Below are positions 52,783 through 64,000 of a stretch of DNA of 64,000 nt, one piece after another (positions within the stretch are counted from its first letter, which is position 1; each line of letters starts with the position of its first letter). Both the position numbers and the translations under genes were made by a program. Source of the DNA: Octopus sinensis (lineage: Eukaryota); the NCBI RefSeq assembly GCF_006345805.1, contig NC_043003.1, positions 70,370,001 through 70,434,000 on the forward strand, written 5' to 3'. Under the pieces are notes generated by a model, which saw nothing but the letters and a program-made list of their open reading frames with translations, was not told where the DNA came from and did not search any database.

Positions 52783-53473
52783 ATGTATGTATGTATGTAT
52801 GTAATGTATGTATGTATGTATGTATGTATGTATGTATGTATGTATGCATGTATGTATGTGTGTGTATGTATGTATGTATGTATGTATGTACAATGTATGT
52901 ATATGTGGATACATGTGTGTGTATGTATGTGCGTATGTATGTACTTATGTGTGTGTGTATGCATATATGTGCGTGAGTGTATTTCTGTATGTATATATAT
53001 ATATATATGTATGCATGCATGAGTGTGTATGTATGTATGTGTGTGTATGTATGTATGTGTATGTATGTAATGTATGTATGTTCGTATTGTTCTTATGTAT
53101 AAATATATGTATGAAGTATGTATGATGTAAGTATGTATGTATGTATGTAGGTATGTATGTATGTATATATGTATGCATGTATGATATTATGATGGAATAA
53201 TTTCAGGATAAAATTGCGAACAAAATATATTGTACAATGATGACTTGGATAATATTTTCTTTACTCAAGATAAGCAAATGTATACAAGTATATGCAAAAC
53301 GACCGCGCAATCACACAGAAATACTCACATAATGCCTTACCGCGCATATTTGGCCATATATAATATTTACATACATATATGTTTGCATACAGATGTAAAC
53401 ACATGCGCACAAACGCACACATGTATATACTCACAGGTATACATAAATATATATAAACACACATACCTACGTT

Positions 53474-53540
<67 letters not shown>

Positions 53541-54453
53541 GTATGTAATCCGGTGGTATTATGCAAAAGTGTCATAAGTTCAAAACGTTGCTTTTTAGAA
53601 AACGAAAAAATAGTTTCAGCATTCCATTTCTTTTTACATTAGCAACAGTTTCTGCCTAATAATAATATTTTGTTGGGTGCATAAAATCATAACTCCATGC
53701 ATGTATGATATTTTCAGTCAGAAATATTTTTGGAAAACTGTTGTATGTGGGACATATTCCTTTTCTGAAAAATGCTAAACCGTTGTACTATAGGAGTAAA
53801 GATCATTTGTCAGCATAACATGGCAGTCCTGGTTTAGGACGAATGTTATTGCAATTCAGCCTCAGGAGACATCGTCTCCAGCTGGCTATACGACACGATC
53901 TGTGTCCCTATGGTTTCGAACAAGGGAATCTAGCACCCCCCCCAACTCAGCTCAAAATAATATCTGTGTATCGCGATTTCTGGGTTATTTCCCTTCACCA
54001 GTACAAAATAACTGTTCGGCTAGAGGTGGCGCTGCCAAATTCCCGTTCGAAATATATAGTAGTGGATAGAGAGATACAAATAAAGAGATATAAATAGATA
54101 GAGAGTGATGGATAGAGAGATATAGATAGAGAGATATAGGCGTCACTGACGCTAGAAAATCGAAAGTAAATATTTAAAAAACTTTTTAAAAAGTGAATCT
54201 AATATAAAAAGCAATATTAAAAATTTTTTTTATGACCAATTGATGTAAGGGAGACAATCAAATTCTGAAAGTTAGTTCGCAAAGAGGCACCTCCCTTATC
54301 TACGTAACCCAGGAACGGTTGTTTTCTGCAGCAGGGGTCCAGTTACTCATTATGTGAAAAATGTTTTGAGTCTAAAACCATCCCTGGTGGATAAATAATA
54401 AATGTTCCCAGTTTGGAGAAAATCAGTTGAAAAATACGGCTGTTATAATCTTT

Positions 54454-54496
<43 letters not shown>

Positions 54497-54849
54497 GCAC
54501 GCACACAGATAGATAGATAGATAAACAGACAGATAGATAGATAGGTAGGTAGGTAGATGGATAGATAAACAGATAGATAAAGATACAGACAGTATGGCAT
54601 ATATATATATATATATATACATAGTTAGATAGATAGTTAGATGCATGGATGGATGGCTGCATGGTTGGATAGATAAGCAATTGGATAGATAGATGAATAG
54701 ATAGCTATTTAGATAGATATTTAAATAGATAGATGTTAAAATAGATAAATAGATAGAAGGATAAAAAGATAGACAGACAGACAGATAGATAGATGGATAG
54801 ATAGATAGACAGAGATAGAGAGATAGATATATGCAGTGCCCATAATAGA

Positions 54850-55430
54850 TTAATATCTTCCTTCCTTTCCTCGCTCAACTCCGCATTGCTCAGCACGTGT
54901 TTGTACTCGTTAAGTGCACCAATGCTTCAGATTGTATCCAACCCAGGTCCCAATGCCTTTCCATTACCCTCTAATGAGATACTCCAGAACTACAATTCAC
55001 ATCAAAAATTTTTAGTCTTCTTTTCTGTCTGTCCTTGTCGAGGGACATCTGCCGATCTTTGGAATCATGCTATAACGTCTTCCATTCCTATGAATGACAA
55101 ACATCTGACATTCAAAGCCTCGTCCTATCACAGTCCCGTCCAACATCTCAAGAGAGACGGTGACAGCCATTTGCAACAACCTATTCTCACACCTTGAATA
55201 TCTTGCTCTTCTTGATGACCACTCGTACAGTTTTCATAAAAGCCAGATCTATTGGACTGGAAGCCAACTCTCCTATGCCATTTAGCTTTTTCCTCTCGCC
55301 CTCGAGAAATTTGATGAAAACATTGTTGTTGAACCTGACATCAGCAAAGAAAGTTTCAATTACACGAGTCATTTGAAAAAATTTCCCGCTTAGAATCTCC
55401 TTCCATTTCCTGATCTACTGGATCGGTGAC
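54850..55430 (-). pseudogene. Degraded coding-like segment, possibly a LINE ORF1 remnant
   Basis: Open frame IRKWKEILSGKFFQMTRVIETFFADVRFNNN..KTVRVVIKKSKIFKV, then frameshifted GRGFECQMFVIH; a CpG-rich patch lies upstream at ~55510-55530. The assignment is from memory of ORF1-like patterns only. Confidence 0.3.
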
Positions 55431-55872
55431 TTCCTTTCACATCATATTATCGCACCTAGTTCAGAGGGAGAATTCACTGATCCGCACTGTATTAGCTTCA
55501 GGGCACTCATGCACGCGCGCGCGCAACCAGCCACTGTTATTGCCGAAGTTTTCCTATTTTACCTTTCTACAACTTCCTGCTTTTAGATATCCGATTTCTA
55601 ATTTTTGTCAAATATAGCCAGTTCATTTTCCATCTCTTTGAGTGTCACACCCTTTGTATACATACATATGTATTTGTGTGCATACACACACACATACACA
55701 CACACATATATTTATGATAACATGAGATGTAGCGTGCTAAACGCAATAAGCTATAAACTTTCAATTAATTAAAACTAATTAACTAAATATAGAATGCAGT
55801 GACGGGTGAGCTTATGATTTAGTGATATGGCTGCAATGAATTACCTCAAGAGACCTTTCTGCGCACTAAATA

Positions 55873-56345
55873 TTGGGTCATCCCATAAATAATGCGTTTT
55901 TTTTTTTTACTTCTTTCATTTTTCAAAATTAAGATAAACAAAGTTCGTTTTTAATCTAAAATATACTCTCCTTCATTTTCTACAATGCTCGTCCATCTAT
56001 CTGGTAGAGTTGTAAGACCCCTCTTCGAAACATCACTTGTCCGTGAGGAAAAATACTCCTCCAGTGCTGTTCTGACCTCGTCTACGGAATTCATATTTTT
56101 TCCGTCCAAATGATTTTGAAGACAGCGGAATAAAGGATAATCAGATAAGGCAATGTCCGGCGAATGTGGTGGGTGGGGTATCATTTCCCAAAGAAACTTT
56201 TGCAGCCTTTGGAATGCCATCCTCGCTGTATGTGGCCGAGGATTATCCTGATGAAAGAACACCTTTCGTTTTGAAACCAAAGATGGTTGTTTTCGTTCTA
56301 GCAGTGACTTAAGCCGCTCATGCTCCTTGCAGTAGATCTCTTTTG
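55873..56345 (-). mobile_element. Mariner 3' half (catalytic C-terminus and TIR)
   Basis: FFHQDNPRPHTA..HPPHSPDIALSDYPLFRCLQNHL..RWTSIVENEGEYILD*; TA-TTGGGTCATCCCATAAATAATGCG TIR. Confidence 0.92.
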
Positions 56346-56405
56346 TTATCATTTGTTTCGGGTTTTAAATTTCAAGGAATGAGAACCCAGGTTCGAAATT
56401 TCCCC

Positions 56406-56453
56406 AAGACACCTGATGAAGGCTGGAGGGTATATCAGCAGAAACGTTGTCTT
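56406..56453 (+). ncRNA. Minimal hammerhead-like motif, degenerate
   Basis: AAGACAC-CTGATGA-A-GGCTG(GAGGGTATAT)CAGCA-GAAAC-GTT-GTCTT; C11.1 to A breaks the stem II closing pair, and stem I has one mismatch. Confidence 0.5.
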
Positions 56454-56962
56454 AACAACAAACAAGATGAGGACAAATATCCGTCAAATGTAAATAATGA
56501 ACATAATTCCTCATCTCTTAAATATAAAACTGGAACACCACAGAGGAATCGATGTAAGCTTAAATAATAATCCACGATAGGTGAAACACGGTGTGGTGAG
56601 GGATTACTGCATGTCATTTTTCTGTTCTAAAGTTTTCTAACAACAAAGAGGAAAATTGTGAAGTCAATATCATTGGCACAATAATGTAAAATATTAAAAG
56701 GCAATTAATTAAAAATTTTCTTATAATGAGAACAAAAGTCATAAGCTTAATGACTAAAATCTATTGTAGAAACGAACCCAGAAGTAAGTTAATTACTATT
56801 AATTAAAACTGAAATGTAGGCGCTCTGTGGAGTTTAGCCGATCGTGTGTTGTATTGTGACGACACTGAAGATTTTTGAGCAGAAAGTTCTTAATCTTATT
56901 AACAAATCTGAAAGCATATGGGAAATACTATGTGCTCTCTCCCCCTCTGTATGTGTGTGTGT

Positions 56963-57006
<44 letters not shown>

Positions 57007-57301
57007 TAATACACCAACATACACACATACACCACACACACATATATATATATATATAATATTTCCTTCAAATAATTATATATATATATATATATATAAT
57101 ATAATATATATATATATATATGTATGTAGTATTTGCTTATATACAGAGAAAGAGAGAGAATTAAACATTCACGCGCACACACATCATTAATTTCATATAT
57201 ATGGATATGTAGGAACGTATATGTAAGTATATATAATATTTCTACATACAAACACACAATTATTTACATATCTGCTCTCACTCGCTCAGATATATATATA
57301 T

Positions 57302-57356
<55 letters not shown>

Positions 57357-58320
57357 TATATATATATGTATATATATCTTGCGTGTGTTGGTCTCTTTAT
57401 CTCAAATATCTTTCAAACAAATCTCCTTAATGTTTTACGAAATGTCATGTTAGTTCCAATCGCACATCATTGATTTCATTTCATAGAATACATAATAATT
57501 GCAACAATTTAGGCCACACTTTGTTTGTACCTGATGAACTATTTTCATTTATCTTGCGATGAGTGGAAAAAGAGAGAGAGAGAGAGAAGGAGAGAATATT
57601 TTCAACTGTTCTCATTATTTTTCACTCTTCAACGCAAATTTTTGCTCTACATTTTCTTTCTATATTGATTCACTGCTTTTCGTTAGTTCTTCCTATTTCT
57701 ATAAATATAATGATAAAACTCTAAATCCTAAGCTTTATGTCAAGCAAAGAAGCTAAACAGAAGAGATATTGAAAGCCGTGTTTACATCATCGACGCCAAA
57801 ATAAAAAAAGTCGATAATCAGAATATAGCATTTTGATAAAATGTAGGATTATTTTATTTTTTTAAAATTTTATTTTATTATATTTTTAGTCATAAATTTC
57901 ATTAATTAACGTCAACTGGTCTTGCTGAATTAAACGAAGATAGGCAGAAATTATGAATATAAATATAAATCGTGTGTTTTCTGAATCTAAATATGAAATT
58001 AAATAGAGAGTCATTATCCTTGTAAAGATGAGAAATATAGCGAAAATGTTTCGTAGGAGATGATTGATAGATGTATAAATACGCACATTCCTAAATTTTT
58101 AAATACACACGTCCAGATTCATCCATAAACCTATCTATCCGTTCATTCATAAGTATGGATACATCATATAAGGTGTGTGTGCGTAGGTATTTGAAAGCAT
58201 TGAAGTAATTCACTAGACTTAAAGAAATAAACAAACTGATCGCCGCGAGATAGAATATGGCTAAATAGACTATTGTTAATACGAAGCAGCAAATATATTT
58301 AATGAGTAGTGAGTGAAATG

Positions 58321-58390
<70 letters not shown>

Positions 58391-58502
58391 CACGCACACA
58401 CACACACACATACACACACACATACACACACACATACACACATAGAGAGAGAAAGAGATAGATAGATAGATGGATAGATTGATAGATAGATATAGATATA
58501 GA

Positions 58503-58865
58503 TAAGAAGCTTGCTTCCCTACCACATGGTTCCGGGTTCAGTCCCTCTGCGTGGCACCTTGGGCAAGTGTCTTCTACTATAGCCTCAGGCCGACCAAAGC
58601 CTTTTGAATGAATTTGGTAGACGGAAACTGAAAGAAGCCTTTCGTATATACTATATATATATATGCTTAGAGAAAGATATTTTCAAAAAGTTAAGATTAA
58701 AAAAAAACGTTTTAGCGAGTAGAATTGTACTAACCTTTAGGAATATGCAATTTCACAAATTGCATATCTTTACTGTTCCACAGATTGCACTTGTAATGTA
58801 CGAATTAGCCGGCCGATTTCTCTTTTTAAAATCCCAGTTTATCCAGATTTTCCTTTAAGCAATTA
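58503..58865. mobile_element. Family A SINE head (+, 58503-58640) and a short RLE-LINE fragment (-, 58750-58865)
   Basis: 58750-58865 closely matches 61185-61300. Confidence 0.75.
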
Positions 58866-58907
58866 ATAAAAAAAACCTAATAAATATGAAAGCGCTTTCA
58901 GTTCTCA

Positions 58908-58973
<66 letters not shown>

Positions 58974-59165
58974 ACACACACACATACACACATACACACA
59001 CTCACACACACACACACACACTCACTCTCACACACACACACACAACACACACACACACACACACAACTTCTCTCTCTCTCTCTCACACACACACACCAAA
59101 ATCGTCATATGCAGGATGAACAGTGTGGATGAAAACGATGATTTTCGTAATTATTCAGGTGGTCC

Positions 59166-59735
59166 CTGAAGTTATAAACAAGATTTTCGGTCCTCGTTAG
59201 GTTCGTTATTCTTGTGTGTTTCTGGTTGATGAAACTCAAAGATAGCGAAACACTGGATGCCTATGAGTCCCTTGCACTAATGAATCGAGTGTGTTATAAA
59301 GACACATTCGTTGTAGAGAAGAAAATGGGTTTTCTCTAATAAAACATACCAGCGATTAGCATGTCCACGTTCGAATATGCGGGAACGTGTTAAGAATAAA
59401 TGTACATGTCATTGTTTTGATTCTCAGCGATGACCATGCATTTGACGATTTATAATTTGTTATTAGATATCAGCAAGGATCAGCAAAAAGTTTGTTTGCT
59501 GAAGTTATAAACAAGACCATCGACTCTTGTTAAACTCATTTGTCTAGGTGCCTTTCGCTGAAGAGACACATTGGCGTCGAAATGTCGGATGTTTCTGAGT
59601 CTCTTGCACTAATTAATCGAGTGTTACGAACAGGCATTCGTCATAGAGGAAAAGTTGTTCTCCCGTGACGAAACTCGAAAGCGATTAGGATATTCACGTT
59701 CGAATCTGCCGGAACGTACCAAGAATAAATATGCA
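59166..59735. repeat. Diverged tandem duplication, 333-bp period, with an HHR-like core at the homologous position in each unit
   Basis: CTGAAGTTATAAACAAGA at 59166 and 59499; TTGATGA..GAAA (59226/59247) versus CTGAAGA-GAC..GTC-GAAA (59558/59579). Confidence 0.75.
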
Positions 59736-59807
59736 AATTATCGTAGAGAAATATAGCTTAACTTAAACTAGATACACAACAGAATTTTCTAAAAGGGAAT
59801 CCGTATG

Positions 59808-59871
<64 letters not shown>

Positions 59872-59957
59872 GTGTGTGTGTGCGTGCGTGTGTGTGTGTG
59901 TGTATGTGTGTGTGTATGTATGTGTGTGTGTGTGTGTATACGTATATACTATTGTCC

Positions 59958-59997
<40 letters not shown>

Positions 59998-59998
<1 letters not shown>

Positions 59999-60412
59999 GA
60001 GTGAGAGAGCAGTGCATGCCATCAAAGTGACACCGGGGTAAAATATACGAAGCCCAGTACACCCATCATCACTACCCGACATGGTGATCGCATAACAAGA
60101 CAAACTGCACATGACCTTGCAGGTGGGGCCCAGTTAGAATTTTCTTCAGGTCGAGTAGCCCATCCCGCTCAAAAGGTCCCTGAATAAGGGTTGTTTAAGG
60201 ATGTTGAACGAAACACCCATGTTTCCAGAAGTGAATTATTCAAACCCCAAAGAATCCCTCTCAACACATGCCAATGATGCTCCCCCACTACTTCTGCTCA
60301 TGATCAGAGATGCACATATCGTCAGCCACTAAGGGACATGCTCAACTGGTTAAGGTCAAACAACTGACAAGCAAATTTGTGGTATTGAGAATATTTGCTG
60401 TAGTCCATCTTT
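59998..60412. mobile_element. Probable interspersed repeat bounded by (TAA)n on both sides
   Basis: Non-coding and more GC-rich than its flanks, with TAA arrays on both sides; single copy in this window, so repetitiveness is recalled rather than shown. Confidence 0.4.
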
Positions 60413-60430
60413 TAATTATTATTATTATTA

Positions 60431-60507
<77 letters not shown>

Positions 60508-61074
60508 TATTATTATTATTAATCTAGCACTGTGAATCACTGAATGGGCAATGAATCAGGAACTGAAATATCAGTCACATTCGACGTTGTCTCCAAACTT
60601 GCGAAGATACTGATGCGCAGTTGTGTGTGTCTTTGACTTCCTTTGAAACTAAGCCTGTCTTGTAGAAAGTGCAGACTTACTGTATGGGCAAATGTTGGTA
60701 TTTTAGGCATGCGCCCATGGAGACGGCACATCACGGCGATCTTCAGACTCATTCTGAAATAAGACTGCAAGTTCAGTTCCATGATCTGCTCTGGTTACAC
60801 ACGCCGTACATCTTCAGCTGAAGTACAGTCGATGTTTAGAAGATGATGACTTGGTTTTGCCTTACTGGTTTGGACATCTTCGTCAGTGTGAACGTCTAGC
60901 AACAGACAGGAAGTATTTGTTAAAACGAAAGAGGGGGTCAAACACGATAACTAACTGACAGCCATCATATATGTATGTATACAAGAGGTAGCCAGATTCT
61001 GCTTAAGGAGTAGACAACCACCATGTGTGTGCATGTGTATGTGTGTGTGTGTATGTCTCTTCTATTTTTTAATC

Positions 61075-61498
61075 ATTATAAATCTTCCATTGAGGTGGAA
61101 GCCGGTTTCCAACAAAGATACAACGCTCTATCTTTGGGATGTATTTAACATAGACAAATTCACATTTGGAACTTGAGAAAAGTCTTGCATATTTTTATTG
61201 TTCTACTCACTGATCGCACTTGTAACGTACGAATTAGCCGGTCGATTTCTCTTTCTGAAAATCCCAGTTTATCTAGATTTTCCTTTAAGCATTTACTAAC
61301 AAAACCTAGTGCTCCAATAATTATTGGTATGAATATGAATTCATAGTTTGGATAAAGAAGCAGGAGGTTTCGAAGCAGTTGTCGATAGATATCCTTTTTT
61401 TCTTTGATTTTCAAAGAGATATTTATGTCTGCTGCGCAGCTGACCTCTATGACGGTATTTACCTTTGCCCCACTGTCTCAACCTAAAATATCCGGCCT
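61075..61498 (-). pseudogene. R4/Dong-like RLE LINE 3' fragment
   Basis: RPDIL..VIEVSCAADINISLKIKEKKDIYRQLLRNL..FIPIIIGALG..LQVRSVSRTIKICKTFLKFQM*; the 5' break is in (CATA)n. Confidence 0.85.
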
Positions 61499-63110
61499 TT
61501 TATGTATGTATGTATGTATGTATGTATGTATGTATGTATGTATGTATGTATGTATGTATGTATGTATTGCACGTATGCATGCATGCAAGTACGTATGTAT
61601 GAATGTAAGTATGTGTTTGCATGTATGTATGTATGAATGTATGAGTGTATGTATATATGTATTTCGGTATGAATGAATGTATGTAAGAATGTGTGTATGT
61701 ATATTTATGAATGTATATATGTATAGATATATGAATGAATACATGCATGTATGTTTGTATTTACGTATGTATGCATGAATGAATTAATGTATGTATTTAT
61801 GATGTATGTATTTGTCTTGAACATGAATCTACAGTGCAGAAGTATGCACGTATGTGTATGTGTGCATATATGTATGTGTGCATACGTGTATGTGTGTGCG
61901 TATGTGTATATGCATGTGCGTATGTGTATATGTGTGTTTGTCGGCGAGAAATATATACATCAACGTACACAAAGAAAATTATCGACAAACTGATAGGTCA
62001 GACAAAAATTCCTGGCGATGTTTATTCCATCCGAATTGCACAGACAGTCTATTTCAACCCTTGCTCTCAGGAAATACAGCGCTTTTGTTCATAAAATGTA
62101 TCACACACACACACACACAACGCACATTAGGTCATTAAATTGCAGCCATGCTGGGGCACCGCATTGAAAAGTTTTAGTTGAACGAATCGACCCAAATACT
62201 GTTTTTTCTAAGATAGGAACTTATCCTATCGGTTTTTGTTGCCAAACCGCTAATTTACGGTAAAGTAAATACACCAACGCCGGTTGGCAAGCGGTGGTAA
62301 TGGGGGTGGGGTAAATACAGACATAAAGACATACATACACACACACACACACACACATCTGATACTTGTCCTCTCACCTATCTCTGTTTTCTCTCTTTTG
62401 TTTTCTGTACATATGATTTATATGTACAGAAAACGGAACAGCCTGCTCGTGAAATTGGCTGAGTACTCCACAGACACGTGCACCCTTAACGTAGTTCTCA
62501 GGGAGATTCAGCGTGACATAGAGTGTGACAAGGGTGGCCCTTTTGAAATAATACAGGTACACCAGAAAAAGGAAGAACGAGTGAGAGAAAGTTGTGGTGA
62601 AAGAATGGAGCTTTAGTGTTTTCGCTCATATATATATATATATATATAATATATATATATATATATAATATATATGTGTGTGTGTGTGTGTGTATATACA
62701 TTTACATATACATATACATACATACATACATACATACATTACATACATACATACATATACATACATACATACATACATATATATTATATATATAATATAT
62801 ATATATATATTATATATATGTGCCTATGTATGTGTGTGTTTTTGTTTATGTATGTGAATGTATTAGGCAGTACGAGCAAGAAAGATAAAGGTAAATAAAT
62901 TGATAGATAGATAAGGAAAGAGAGAGAGCGAGAGAGAGAGAGAAGGAGGAGAAGCACAAAGAGAAATAATAACCAGAGTGCACCAGGTTATTCGCTGTTG
63001 GCATTCACTTTTGTTAGGCCGGGAATCGTGTCACTGTACGTAGATTGAATAGAGTTGTATCAACATATTATTGAAAGTTTAGTAGTAAAGATGGAGTCGC
63101 TGATCTAAGA

Positions 63111-63147
63111 ATATCTGAAGAAGGAATATTATTCCGAAATATCATAT
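63111..63147 (+). ncRNA. Minimal type I hammerhead motif with an intact core
   Basis: ATAT-CTGAAGA-A-GGAAT(ATT)ATTCC-GAAA-T-ATC-ATAT; palindromic stem III (ATAT) of the dimer type. Confidence 0.6.
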
Positions 63148-63540
63148 AAGACTATGGATGACTAAATTATTACAGGTATATGCAGCCCATTGTCTGTATT
63201 ATTGTGCATTGTTGTACCATTCAAAACTTATTATTCTTTACAAACAATACACAATGCTTCAAGCGAACTACAATACTCTCCTAAAGTTTAGTAGCTTTTA
63301 TTCTTATCATAACCAGGAAATAGTCGGAGCGGACATTTCTCAGTGTCTAGCTCAGTGATTTATGATTTTACCTTGCTTCTTCAGAAATAGTTCCAGTTAG
63401 CGTTTTTAAGCAGACTTTAAATCGGAAAGGTCATGCTGAAGTATGACCATAAACTAGATTCCATTCCACACCAATGTATTTTTTGCTACATGGTCTGCAA
63501 ATGGAGCAGCCCATGAATGTTGCAATTTATCATAAAACTT

Positions 63541-63860
63541 AAGGCGGCGAATTGGCAGAAACGTTAGCCGAGCGAAATGCTTAGCGGTATTTCGTCTGCC
63601 GCTACGTTCTGAGTTCAAATTCTACCGAGGTCGACTTTGCCTTTCATCCTTTCGGGGTCGATCAAATAAGTACCAGTTACGCACTGGGGTCGATATAATC
63701 GACTTAATCCGTTTGTCTGTCCTTGTTTGTCCTCTCTGTGTTTAGACCCTTGTGGTTAGTAAAGAAATAGGTATTTCGTCTGCCGTTACGTTCTGAGTTC
63801 AAATTCCGCCGAGGTCGACTTTGCCTTTCATCCATCCGGGGTCGATTAAATAAGTACCAG
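63541..63860 (+). mobile_element. Family B SINE, second monomer truncated
   Basis: Near-consensus head and body, with a repeated B-box half. Confidence 0.88.
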
Positions 63861-64000
63861 CTGAACGTCTGTCATGTTTTATAAAGAGTATAGATTCAAG
63901 TGCTACAGTCAACCTTCGAATTTTCTCTATTCAAAAAGTCTTTCAACTCAATATTTACACGCTTTTCTTTATAGCTTTATTTACATCGAGTTCAATCGTT

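Noticed and set aside
60537-60900. Minus-strand ORF with a GTAAGT donor as a possible first exon
   Set aside because: No recognisable product and no supportable downstream exon.

Overview
AT-rich, microsatellite-saturated eukaryotic DNA. The tRNA-derived SINE families and TE mix match what I recognise from octopus (cephalopod) genomes; that is pattern recognition, not a database result. There is one 100-N gap (29702-29801). I could not identify any host gene with confidence, only a few weak exon-like candidates. The window is mostly transposon relics: three SINE families, several mariner/Tc1 copies and MITEs, a near-complete CR1-type LINE ORF2, RTE, L1/Tx1-like and R4/Dong-like (RLE) fragments, and at least four Penelope-like element (PLE) pieces. 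The most notable result is a set of type I hammerhead-ribozyme (HHR) folds from about six unrelated sequence families. One has an intact core in a PLE pseudo-LTR (24181-24270), with a core-mutated sister copy at 34018-34107. One is a U3-A8 compensatory variant inside a 347-bp-period repeat (15237-15290). A mirror-image pair sits in a spacerless 223-bp palindrome (20855-21077). Minimal dimer-type motifs occur at 21548, 56406 and 63111, and a decayed motif is repeated in a 333-bp tandem unit (59166-59735). All folds were derived by hand and none has been tested. Unless stated otherwise, coordinates of degraded repeats are approximate.
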